Notes under the pieces: model-generated
Database searches by the model: none
What the model was told of the DNA's origin: nothing
What the model saw: only the letters and a program-made list of their open reading frames with translations
Translations under genes and position numbers: made by a program
Assembly: GCA_905178155.1 (NCBI GenBank)
Contig: CAJINV010000035.1
Location: 72,982 to 115,660, forward strand
Length of the DNA: 42,679 bases
Direction of reading: 5' to 3'
From: Amoebophrya sp. A120
Taxonomy: Eukaryota; Protista; Dinoflagellata
Part shown: positions 21,126 through 32,054 of the stretch, piece after piece
Layout: the number at the start of each line of letters is the position of its first letter
How positions within the stretch are numbered: the first letter of the stretch is position 1

Positions 21126-24025
21126 TTCACGTGCACGGTTCGGGTGAAGATGAATGTCACAGCGTCCCGCCAGCGCGCCGAGATGCGCCTGTGTTCAAGT
21201 TTTTTGTTGCAGATAGGTAATTTCTGCTTCATGTTCACCCCATGCCATACGATATGGGGTGAATATTCCAAGTAAAAACATGGATATTGCATCTCGTCTT
21301 ACGAACCGCATTTATACAAAAAAGTTTGAAATACCTGTGAGCTGCCACACCGGTGGTTGCTCTTCCGCAGCACTACACCCTGTACCACGAGGACGAGCAC
21401 GTGGTAAGTGGAGTTGTGGTCTTGGCCAGATGCACTATCTACTATAGTAGCGGGACGCAAAATACACAGTCCCGGTGGCACCCTCGTTACTCTTCCAAGT
21501 ACACCTTCGCGTCGGAAATACTTGGTTGCAGCTGACCTAGAAAGAGGACGTGATCTCCAAAGAACCAAAGTTGTAAGCCACGACTTGGAGATGATGGGTC
21601 CAGTGTTCTCAGTCACGCCGGCTTCTCGAATCGGAGAACCTGGTCGAAATCCAAAGCTCGTACTTCCGAATCAGCAAGACAAATCCACGCTGACGTAGTC
21701 GCAACCGCACGAGATCCCTTCGTCAGCTTCTCGAATCCGCATCAGCATGACAAATTGCCGTCAGCTTCTCGTCGAATCCGGAGCTAAATTATTTGATATC
21801 ATCGTGTACTAGCCCAGACTAAACAAGTCGGCGCTCCTACTAGTTGTAGTCAATCTGCGTCGCAAATGAATCCGGATCTTGTACTGCGTCCTCCTGGTGT
21901 GGCGTAGCGAAGAAGCAAGTGCTGACTGATACTAGAATGACAAACAACACTGCCACGTCGTCAGCAGGATACTGGAACGTCGACCTGCATCTCAAAGCCC
22001 GCCTGCAGGTCGTGCTTAGAGTAGGTCGTAGTTAGAGTCGAAACCTAAACCGTTGTTCTCCGTAAATTAATGCGGACTCTCCCGCTCTAAATGCACAGAA
22101 ACAGATGCTGGTGATGGTCGCCCACACCGCAAGCAAACTCCTGAACGAGAAGTTTCGGATCCTGAAACCGATTGTTCGAACGCGGGGACCTCCTTCTGCA
22201 ATGAATCCGGGATCAGGGAAGTTGTGGTTTCTTGCAGTGGTCCAACAGCACAGGGACATTTACTGCACAGCAAAATCTGTGTTGTAGTGGTAGCCAAAAC
22301 AGCTCTTCCTGTGAAGGAAAAGGACGTGGCCGTGATGCACAAGTGGTTGCTGAACCTCCACGGGGCCGTTTTGATGGCAGCTTCTGTAAAACTGCTTGAT
22401 GTGGTAAATAAACCAGGTTCACCTAGTACCCCCTGGTAGTGCGAGTCGGAATCACGCTGTTCAGCACGCTTTATTCTGATTTTATTTCTGGAAGTTGTAC
22501 GACGACGAGCTGTGGCACTACTGCACAATGTACAAACCCTCCGCCGTACTGCTCGGGACGCCGCCAGTAGCGTGCTTTTAACACAACTTCAAAAATTTCG
22601 GCTCATCCGGGACCGGATTCGCTCTTGCACTGCTGCTGCTCCCACCTAGAGAACAAACTCCTTCCTGGTTCTTGGACAAGTACGTTCCGGTAGTCTTCCA
22701 GCTGCACAATATATCAGGGAAGAGGTAGTTTTACAGCCTTGTCTCCCTTGGCACTCGTAGTTGTAATTCAAGTTCAACTCAAGTAGCAGTGCCGTCCGCA
22801 CGTTGAGGACAAGCTTCCTGGTTTTGTCCGTTCTGCTCGTTATTCTTCGTTCCAATATCAATGGACGCAGGTAGGAGCAAGACTCGACTCCGCTGGACCA
22901 GGATGCGTTTGCCGCTGGTGTGTAACAGTAACTTCGAAGAAGAAGATCCTTGGCGTTATGAACCTCTCGGAAACGTCGACAAGCGAAGCCAATCGGCTAT
23001 TATTCAAAGATGGTTGCCTTTTTGATATTCACCCCGAGGTGCGCAACTTTATTTGAAGAGTGCGCGACGAGGAAGTGCACGTCAAACAACAGTTTTAGAG
23101 ACTGCAGCTTTGGCTTCCCTATCTTCTGTTTATTAGTGCTGTTTCGAGTATATCGAGCGATCGTCTTACTTGTTGTTTTTTTGTATTCTTATTCTTTTCG
23201 AAAAAAAAAAATCACAAGCTACAACTTTTTTTATTTCCACTTCAATGTTCACTTTTGTCGAGGTTCTGGTCGGTAGAGTGACAATCAGGTTATTGCGCAA
23301 AAAAACAGGATCATGACGAGACGAACTTGATGTGAGTTCTCTTCCCACGTCGAATGCCAGCTTGAATTTTTTCAGGATCGATCCCATCGAGACGAAAATA
23401 AAATTGGCAGCGAGCAACAAGACATAGATCTCGGCGACGAGCGACGAAGAGCAACAACAAATCGAAAGCGAGGCGAGCTCAGAAAGCGGCTCTCTGCTGC
23501 TAGCCCTGAACGCAAACAATTACAAGCCACAACACAATCTTTCATGGCGCCTGTGGTCCAATACGATCGAACAGGGCCTGAGCCGTCAACACCGCTCTCA
23601 AAGCATAACTAGTACAGGGAGTCTACGTCGACGTACTTCCCCTTACTTTGTTTTTTTGGTTTTTCCATTTTTCTACACGGGTACATCAAGAAGAAGGTTG
23701 GTTTTTGAAGAATTTGAGCCACCTGTCGACGTTGGCGTCGAAGTTGCAGCTAGAACTGATAAACCACTCGGATCTTGATTACAATATTGGGACTTGGAAA
23801 TCATCATCAGCTTTCGGGTTCGGCTTCAGATGCAGCTGAGGAGCAACAATATTCGAACATCAACTTTCAGAGGCTAACCTAAGACCGAAAGTCAACACCT
23901 TATTGCAGAGTAAAGTCAGCACAGGGCTGGCGAAGTAGTTTTATTGAAAATTATCCTTGTGAAATGGTGCGCGACACAGCTCAACGGTTGCAGGAGTTTG
24001 GCCTGTCGCTGCTTTCGCCGAGAAA

Positions 24026-27000
24026 TCACGAAGAGGAGGATGAAGAAGAAGGAGCGGCGGGGTTGTTGTTCTGTTTCTCCTGCCGCTTGTGTTCCGCCCT
24101 TGCCTGCTGCAGGCTCTGCATGATGTAGGGCGACGGGTAGTCGATTATCAAATGCAAAAGTGTCTGGGTCTGGAAGGTTGAGGTTCTAAAGTTGTAATGC
24201 TGTCTCTGGATTCTGAAGAAATTTGTATTGCGTGACCAGCAAGAGAACTCCAGCCTGTGCTACGCGGAGAGGGCATTTCTCATGCGGCAGAGGCATCGCA
24301 AAGTCCTGTAAAAATCTGTGATGCTAGAGCATGCATCACAGACATCACGCGTCATTCAAAATATGCATGACAAGCCTGGCAATCTTCCAGACCCAGACAT
24401 TTTTGCGCTTGATATCGATAATTCGGACACCATTCAGCCAGGTGTTGCCCACGTCTTCGATCTTAGGCGGGTCTTTCAACGGAGTGATGCGATCCAGTTC
24501 GTAGGCCATGACGGGTTTGAAATTGCAAGTTTCCTATCAAATGGAAACATGTCTGGGTCTGGAAGGATGCAACGTTTGTTATGCACATTTTGCATCATGA
24601 CTCCTGATGTCTGTGATGCATGCCCCAGCATCACAGACTTTGTGAGGATTTCCTGATGCCCATACCGCATGAGACATGCCGTCTTTCCATGGCAAAAGCA
24701 GGACCGCTTTTGCTCTTCATGAAATAAAGGCTTTGGTAGAATGCAGACGCAGAGTCACAAGCTGCATCCTTTCAGACCCACACATATTTTCATTCGATAT
24801 TTCCCAGGTGAGGGGCGGACGCGGCTCCCCGAGGTCCTCCGCTTTTACATTCGGGAGCCCTAGCCATTTGGCCACTGCTTTTGTGCCCCGGTCGGGGTTG
24901 GACTTGTAGCCGCGGCTGGTGATGTGGTCCAAGAGGTCCGCCTTCGTTTTCAAGTGGACCACCTTGGACAGCACGCCGACCGCGACAATCGCCTGGCTCC
25001 TGTTGTTATCAAATGCAAAAGTGTGTGGGTCTGGAAGATTGCAATTTGTCATGCTGTTTTTGGACTCTAAAAAAATTTGTATTTTTGCATGACCAGCAAT
25101 AGGGGTCCAATTTGTGCTATGCGGACAAGCGATTTCTCATGCGGAAGGCGGATCAGGAAGCCCTCTAAAAGTCTGTGATGCTCGGCCATGCATTACAGAC
25201 ATCATGGGTCATGAGAAATATGCATGACAAATCTCGCAATCTTCCAGACCCAGACATTTTTGCATTTGATAGTTGTGGCGGATCAGGAAGGGGATTATGG
25301 ATTGCAAAAATGTCTGGGTCTGGAAGATTGCCAGGTTTCTCATGCATGTTTTGCATGACCCAGAAGGTGTGGAATGTGGGCTCTAGCATCACAAGTTTTG
25401 AGAGGGCTACGCAATGCTAAGTCCGCATGAGAAATGCCGGCCTCTGGTAACCAAAGCTGAGGACTTTTGCTGGTAACGCAATACAGATTTTTGCATCGAT
25501 CAGATTTAGAGTGACACACTCGGACTCTTCCAGACCCAGACATGTTTGCAATGCATAGGGATGCCAGCGTCACAACCTTTCGGCGAGTGTTATGGCGGTC
25601 GCAAGCGTTACACCACTCGCTGCTACTTACACGAAGATGGCTTCACGTTGCCGTGCCGGTGTCCATATCAGAGGAGCTGCAACTACAACTGACCCATAAG
25701 TAGCCAAAGGCGGGAAGCCAAAGTAAAGCTTGTTCATCTTCATTCGCTTCTTGCATTACAAAAAATATGGAACAGGTCTTTGCGCTTCCATTTGGCGTGT
25801 CAAAAATTTGGCACCCGGGCCATCTCGGTCATGCAGAATTTGCCTGCGCCTCGCATGACAAAGCAGGCCGAAGTTATCTAGCAGCGAGCAGCGTAGCAGT
25901 GGCTTGCCAATGTCATACTTTCGCCCCTTTCCGATACTCGGCGGTCTTGACCTTTAAGACGAAATCGTCGCAGTGTTCCGCCTCTAAGCTCGCCACTCCG
26001 ACCCGGGGCTCCTCGTGCAGGAACAAGGGCTCAAACTTGGCCACCCGGCCGTGGAACCCGCCGTCTTTGGTTTCTTCCTCCCTCCAGCACTTCGCGAGCT
26101 GGTCCTGGAGTGCCTTACTGGCCTCGCCGACGGCGTCGCGCAGAGCACCGACTTGCGCGCTGCCCATGGTGGATTCCTTGACCGCGTCTTCCAATTCCCG
26201 GACCGAAGTGTCCAGCGCGAGCTTCAACGCCAACAGCTTCTTCTCTTCGTTGTTCCATCCGTGGTTGAATTTGCTCGCAATGGCACCGGCCGCCAGCTTG
26301 CACTGCCACTCGACGAAGGCCTGTAACGAACTTTGTCCACTGCAAATGTGTCTGGGTCTCCTGGAAGAATGCAAGATTTATTGTGGTTGTACACATTGAC
26401 ACTTTGCATGACCAATGATGACGGTATTTTTCTGCATGAGCATGAGCATGAGCATGACATAGCATCACAAATTTTGTTGAGAGGGCATCCACCTGAGGCC
26501 TATTCCGCACAAGAGATGCTCTCGCTGCGTACTTACCACAAACTGGACTCCTCTGTCTACTTGCCGGTCATGCAAAAATACAGATCATTCATTTTTTCGA
26601 ATCCAAAGACAGCATCACAAGTTGCATCCGTCCAGACCCAGATGACATCACATTTGCAAGAGATATACCGCCGTGCCCCGTTACGATAGACTGTCGCAGG
26701 TCTACCACCGTCATGTACGTCCCTGCGTGGTTCGGTTGCAGTCGGTATCAAGTACAAAAATGTCTGGCTCTGGAAAAGTGTAAACTTGTGATGCAGATTT
26801 TCCATCACCCGTGAGGTCTGGAGTGCGGGACTCAGCATGACACACTCTGCGAGGTGGTCTCTGCCATGCCTATCCTGCATGAGAAGCTCAAAAGTGAACA
26901 GGTTTTGGTAATCATGCAATACAGATTCTTACATGATTCAGATCTACCACGACAAGTTGCCACCTTCCAGACCCAGACATTTTTGCATTTGATAGTCGGA

Positions 27001-30000
27001 AAAGGTTGTGCTTCGTGGAGATTTCTCGCTCCCGCTTCTTGAGGTAGGCGTAGATTTGTTTCTTGTCATCCATGCCCTGGGTGATCGGCTCCTTTCCGCC
27101 GGGCTTCTTCGCCTGGATGACGCCTTTTTCGAGCCACGGAGCACGCTTGTTCCCGATGAACAGCTCCCACTCCTGCGCCCACGTGGTGATTTCTTTGTTC
27201 ATTTCGTTCATGGCGAGTCTCGCACTGGGGCCCCCGCCATCGGGGAGGCGGGGGAAGTATCCACTGCAAATACGTCCGGGTCGTGCTCTGAAATGTTACA
27301 AAATCTGTCATGCAGGTTTTGCATAGCGCAGAAGGTCTGGAATGCGAACTGTAGCATCACAATTTTCAAGAAGTAAGTAGGCGTCCCAGTGCGTAATATT
27401 TATAATTCCATTCTGCAAAGAAAAAAGACCATCTTCGGGTGCCCAAGAAAAGTGCATGTCTTTATTTGCTTGTGCAACACAGATTTTTGTATCGTCCAGA
27501 CCTAGCGTGACAGATTCAGATCCTTCCAGACGAGGACCCAGACATATTTGCAATGCATAGAAATTTGGAATTTGCGATCTGATCCTCCGCGTCTTTCTTT
27601 TTCTCTTCCGCCTCCTTCCTGTCCTTCGCAACCGTGATCTTGCTCAAATCGACATTGATACGTGGTTGGAGATTCATGCTCTCCATGAACTCGCTGGCCA
27701 TGAAGGGGCCCTCCTCGAGCCACACCTCCTTCTGATTATCGGTGGGATTTTTCTCATTTTTCTTGGCCGGATCTTGGTCCTGCATCTGGACGTCCTCATC
27801 TTCACCGCTAGAGGGGGGCTCGGGGGCGAATTGCACTGATTCTTGTTCGAAGGTGTACGATGACGCGAACGCAGGTTTGGAAAAATTGATCTCCATCGCG
27901 GCTAGCTTATTGGTCTTGTTTTCCAGAAAACTGTATGCCTTGCAAAAGTATCGTGTACTAGTATCAATTGCATGACAAATTGATTTAGCATTACAACAAA
28001 TTGAATTTGTAATGCGGATCTGCTTTTAGGAGAAGGAATGCATAATAAATGCAATGAGTACGAGCACGATGCTTTTGCACTGCATAAACTGCGGAAGTCT
28101 TTCGCCGCATCCATCTTCATCTTCATGCCGTGGTACTCGCGGATGTAGTATGCATTGCAAATATGTTGTGTGGGTCTGGAAATTCGGAACTTGTAATGCG
28201 GGCCCGACATTTCTGTGAGGTCTGTATGGCAGGACTGAAAAAAGTCGTAGCCTCTTTTGTTGTACAAAAACGCAGCTTCTCATGCGGAGTGCGTATGAGA
28301 AAGCGTTCTGCCAACTTGTCATGCTTTCCGGCATAACAAGGTGCTTCTGCTTTCATCATGCACATTTTCGCATTACAACTTTCCAGACCCAGACATATTT
28401 GCATTTGATAAGTAGTCTTCCGTGGTCATGCTTCCCGGCTCGGGGGCGGCGTCCGCTTCGACCTGGGCAGGAGTTGTATGGCCTTCTCAAACGTTTACTA
28501 CAGTGAATGCTGTTTTTCATAAGTTTGATGCTAATAAACCGACATAATCATGACACTGTGATGCAAGAATAGCAAAAATTGTGAAAGGGGCGAGAAGCGA
28601 GTTTGCGTGTCTTGCACTGCAGATCTGAAAAGCATTTTAATTTTTTCAATGGTAATATCTACTGCGTGGAAAACTTGTCATGCGAACAAGTACTAGCTTG
28701 TGCTTGATCTTCGTTTGGAAGGGCAGAGCAATTTCACGGAACAAATGATGTAAACAGCGTATATCACTGTCACGTTGGAGAATTCCATAAGCTGCAGAAG
28801 CATGCTCGGGTTTCAGGACCACGTCACGTCCGTTTCCTTCTCCGCCTCCCTGCAGTTTGCGCTTCTTGCTCCGTTATGCATTGCAAATATGTGGTCCTCT
28901 GGGTGTGGAAAGAACCAAACTTTTCTCATGCGCATTTCACAACACACACGAATCTCTCTACTTGCATAAGCAGCAAAAGTTGTCCAATTTCTGTCACCGA
29001 ATTATATGGGGGATTTGTCATGCGCACGCGGCATTGCAGAACCTCTACCTCCCCCACGAGACCTATGATCATGCTAGGACTTAAATGCCCGACCTTGTGA
29101 ATCATGCAAAAACACCAGCATGACAAAAATTTGCAGTCTGGAGCCAGAGACATATTTGCATTGGATATGCGTCCCGTGTCCTCCCCGCCTCCATCGCCCT
29201 CCGCCGCAAATTTTATGGAAGTGGTCCCAGCTGTGTCAATCTCAATTGTGATAAAGAAGAGCCGACGAGGTTTTGAACCAGAATACTTGAATTTCTAATG
29301 CGAAATAACAGTGTGCATGAATAGGCAAATGCTTGCTGCTGTCGACTCTAATTCATCCCAGCAGTTGAAATTCTCACCCCAGCAGTGACCATATTTTCAT
29401 CGTTGCTCTTCGCAGCATCGTCGCTCGCCGCCACCAACAGCGGCTCCGGCTGGTCATCGTCGTTCTCGCTTTTCGCGTCGCTGTCGCTCTTGCTCGAAGC
29501 GTCGTTTTTTTCGCCTTCTTTTTTTTCCTTCGTCTCCCCTTCCCAGGAGTACTCGGCCAGCCCGCCTTGCAGATTGATGACGTGGATGGTAGAAGAAGGT
29601 CCGCGAACTATTGTGAGGGAAAATATCCCTCGTTCCCCATACTGAAAAGAACGACTTGATTCATTTTTGTGTACACAAAAGTATAAGAAAAAATCAGCTC
29701 TGTCTTGCATCCATTAAACTCGGGGGCCATGATGTGGAGAGCACAACTCCACGCGTCAACAAGAAGAACCGGGTGAGTGATATACTCGCAAGCCCTTGAT
29801 GCAATGCAGAGCTGATCTGTCGTGTACAACGCATCAGAATCTTCAGAAAAAAAATCGTTTTCAATATGGGGAAAGCGCCGGGAAGTAGTTTTCAGCTCCG
29901 TATCACCGCCGAGGAGCTTGTTCAGAAAGGTCTGCACCTGTTGATTCGCTTTCCACTCGACCCACTGGCCGCCGCCGCCGGAGCGCTCGATAAAAGCCTT

Positions 30001-30318
30001 CGCGCCCAAAAACTTTCCACCCAAACCGTCGCTCCGCGCGACGTAAAGCTTTCCAGGAGTCGGCGGCAGCGTATCGCCTTTCTTGTGAAGCAGCGACATT
30101 GCGTGCGCGTTGTTTTCGTTGTCGTTGGAGTAGATCTGAACTGTTGGTTTGAATACTGCAGCTACCGGACTAGCTTGCAGCAAGTAGTTGTGTGATGCTT
30201 GAGCAGCGCGTTGTATAGCTTCCGATGATGTGGTTGATGTAGTAGATGCTCTTGCGGTAGATACTGCTGGTCGTTGATAGGAAGAAGTACTGGTCGAAGA
30301 AGATTTCTTGTTGTACAC
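24026..30318 (-). CDS. Multi-exon protein (~15 exons) with a C-terminal ASCH/PUA-like domain; start not resolved
   Basis: Removing 14 inserts gives one open frame ending at TGA 24026-24028. The C-terminus reads SLEAEHCDDFVLKVKTAEYRK...GIPFLIRHNRSQAIVAVGVLSKVV...MAYELDRITPLKDP, resembling the ASCH KxxExR motif and following strands. The domain call is by eye. Confidence 0.75.
24146..24414. mobile_element. Family-1 introner-like element
   Basis: ~31-bp TIRs (TATCAAATGCAAAAGTGTCTGGGTCTGGAAG), perfect TCGAT duplication. Join reads GVRI|IDYPSP. Confidence 0.95.
24535..24799. mobile_element. Family-1 introner-like element, opposite orientation to 24146
   Basis: TIRs present, perfect TTTCC duplication. 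Join reads PLTWE|TCNFKP. Confidence 0.95.
25007..25271. mobile_element. Family-1 introner-like element
   Basis: TIRs present, perfect GTTGT duplication. Join reads FLIR|HNRSQ. Confidence 0.95.
25296..25557. mobile_element. Family-1 introner-like element, opposite orientation to 25007
   Basis: TIRs present, perfect GGGAT duplication. Join reads CDAG|IPFL. Confidence 0.95.
25591..25917. other. Decayed insert / non-canonical intron
   Basis: tatgg...tgtcata ends. Removal plus 5 nt, or joining at the ctttcg repeat (25577/25918), is in frame. The neighbouring GT-AG choice is out of frame. Confidence 0.55.
26334..26665. mobile_element. Family-1 element with decayed direct repeat
   Basis: tgtccactgcaaatgtgtctgggtct ... 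ccagacccaga...tttgcaagagata. Removal plus 5 nt is in frame (TGHGG|xLQAFVEW). Confidence 0.8.
26746..26994. mobile_element. Family-1 introner-like element
   Basis: TIRs present, perfect GTCGG duplication. Join reads HNLFR|LQPNHAG. Confidence 0.93.
27258..27559. mobile_element. Family-1 element, partly decayed
   Basis: tatccactgcaaatacgtccggg ... gacccagacatatttgcaatgcata, flanks ggaag/gaaat. Join reads NSKF|PRLPDGG. Confidence 0.85.
27934..28086. mobile_element. Family-2 short introner-like element
   Basis: TIRs tatgccttgcaaaagtatcgtg / cacgatgcttttgcactgcata, perfect AACTG duplication. Join reads DFRS|FLENKTNKLAAME. Confidence 0.88.
28149..28410. mobile_element. Family-1 introner-like element
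   Basis: TIRs present, flanks tgtag/agtag. Join reads MTTEDY|IREYHG. Confidence 0.9.
28477..28789. mobile_element. Family-4 introner-like element
   Basis: tatggccttctcaaacg ... cgttggagaattccata, flanks agttg/agctg. Join reads HASAA|PAQVE. Confidence 0.8.
28875..29167. mobile_element. Family-1 introner-like element
   Basis: tatgcattgcaaatatgt ... gacatatttgcattggata, flanks tccgt/tgcgt. Join reads EDTGR|SKKRKL. Confidence 0.88.
29214..29393. other. Decayed TA-bounded insert / probable intron
   Basis: tatgg...ccata ends. Removal plus 5 nt gives NDEN|AAEGDG in frame. Confidence 0.5.
29609..29716. other. Decayed TA-bounded insert / probable intron
   Basis: tattg...ccatta ends. Removal plus 5 nt gives MAPEF|GPSSTIHVINL in frame. 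Confidence 0.45.
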
Positions 30319-32054
30319 AGTGAATGCAGCTCCTTCCGGAGGATATAAACTACCTGGGAAAGAACGACTTTGCGTTTTTTCTCCACCTGGTTGTAGTAGT
30401 GATGATAAGCACGACGTTCACGCGTTTTCTTGTTTGCTCAACACTTTATTATTAGCACTTTAGTAGAAGTAGAAGCTGAAGCTTAGTTGTAGTATCCTTT
30501 TTTACAAAAAAAAAGGCAGCTTTATTTCCTTTCCCTACATGTAGTTTTTCAAAAGGTTCGAGCGTTCTCGTCTCGTCATTCTCCTCGGACGGAGAAAATG
30601 ACAGAAAAACAGTTGGTTTATTTTACGACGCCAGCGTTGCAACAGATAGAAAAAGTTTCTCAAAATAAATCCTCGCCGAGGATCGATCCCAAAATCGTTG
30701 ATTACATCGAAGTTGATCCCAACAGACAGCACAATCGAAGATCCAAAAGTGCTCATCGAAGATCGCAAAACTCATCACCTCTTCGAAAAAATAGGGCAAT
30801 TCCCGACGGCGAAAACGAACCCCGATGTTGACCACGAATTCGCCGGCGCAAATAACGAGCAGCTTTTCTCTGTCGCAGTTCTTGGAACACGAACTTATTC
30901 ATCTACGAGCCGAGCAGTCACAGCTTCAAGAGGGCAAAAGAAAAGAATTTTTTCGTAGAGTGTACAAGTTTTTTCGTTTATCAGTCAGTACTTGTCTCCA
31001 AATCTGTACAGTGTTACAAAGCTTGGTGATATGTTGCATGTTGGACTCTTGAAAAAATCGGTAACGGTAGTGTAAACATCAACCAGCAGGTCGCTGAGTT
31101 GTAGTCTACACCTGCAAATATGACAGGAAAATGAATCGAATTGTTTCGACGTAGTAAATATGACATTTTCTATCATGCTTTGTGCGTCAGCAACACAAAG
31201 AATTTGGGTAATATCCATGAAGTCGTTAAATTTTGTCTGTGCAAGAAGGAGGGAATGTGAACTGCTCATACTGATGCCCTTCCTCTTCTGGACGCGGACT
31301 ATCAATTATGTTGACAAAGAGCTGATTTGAGTACGTAGTTGTACTTGCATTTGTTATATAGGTTTGAAATCGAAACTGTATTGATCGTCTGAGAAAGAAA
31401 AATGTAAAAATCAGTCAAACTACAAAGATGAGTGCTTATTACGTGCATTGCACGAAAGGGTAGAGCGAAACTTGAAATAGTAGATGTTTGAGCTTCCGAT
31501 TCAGTCGAAATTGCGCTACAGAATAAAGACGAGTTGGATATGGATATTATTTTTTATTTTTACATCTAGAAGTGCAACGTATTATTTCCATGTGTTCTTG
31601 AGTACTCTGGCCACACTGCACAGGGCGATGTGAAAGCTAAGTTACTTCGAAACGACAAAAACGGATGCTCTACTTTTCGTGCAACTGTTGCACGGGTTTG
31701 GTCAAAATTGGAATGAAGTAAAAATGATTGTAAAAGTTGCGCTCCCCACGGCTACTTCTCGGCCAAAGCCAATCACCCCTGCTGCATCCGCGGAAATATC
31801 ACAGAGTAGTCGCTTATGAAAGTGCGCAACTCCCCATCCCCTCACTTGTCATGCAAAATCCCAAGTCTACCTTTTGCCTCTTAGCACTTTTTGCATGACA
31901 GCTTCCGAAAGCCAAAACAGCACTACAATCCTCTAGGAATTTGTCATGCAAAAGCTGCATCTTGGCCAGCGCTTGTCCTTGTGTTGCTGTTCATGCAATA
32001 CAAATGAGGGAAAGGGGGAAAAATGCTCTTTCATATCGCTGACACGAGTCTCAT

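Noticed and set aside
21300-23900. Possible additional gene or 5' kinase exons
   Set aside because: I could not assemble a consistent frame or identify insert ends here, so it is left unannotated.
27902-28089. Canonical GT-AG intron (also in frame)
   Set aside because: The TIR pair with a perfect AACTG duplication (27934-28086) explains the interruption better and is also in frame. The canonical option is not excluded.
24146-29167. Ciliate TA-IES or Tc1/mariner (Stowaway-type) elements
   Set aside because: The TA belongs to the element ends and the duplication is a variable 5-mer outside it. The DNA is not AT-rich and the genes end at standard stop codons. DNA-level excision by another route remains possible.
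24026-30318. Pseudogene destroyed by MITE insertions
   Set aside because: The reconstructed exons have no stops or frameshifts even though many inserts are old and decayed, which implies continued selection. Expression data are still needed.
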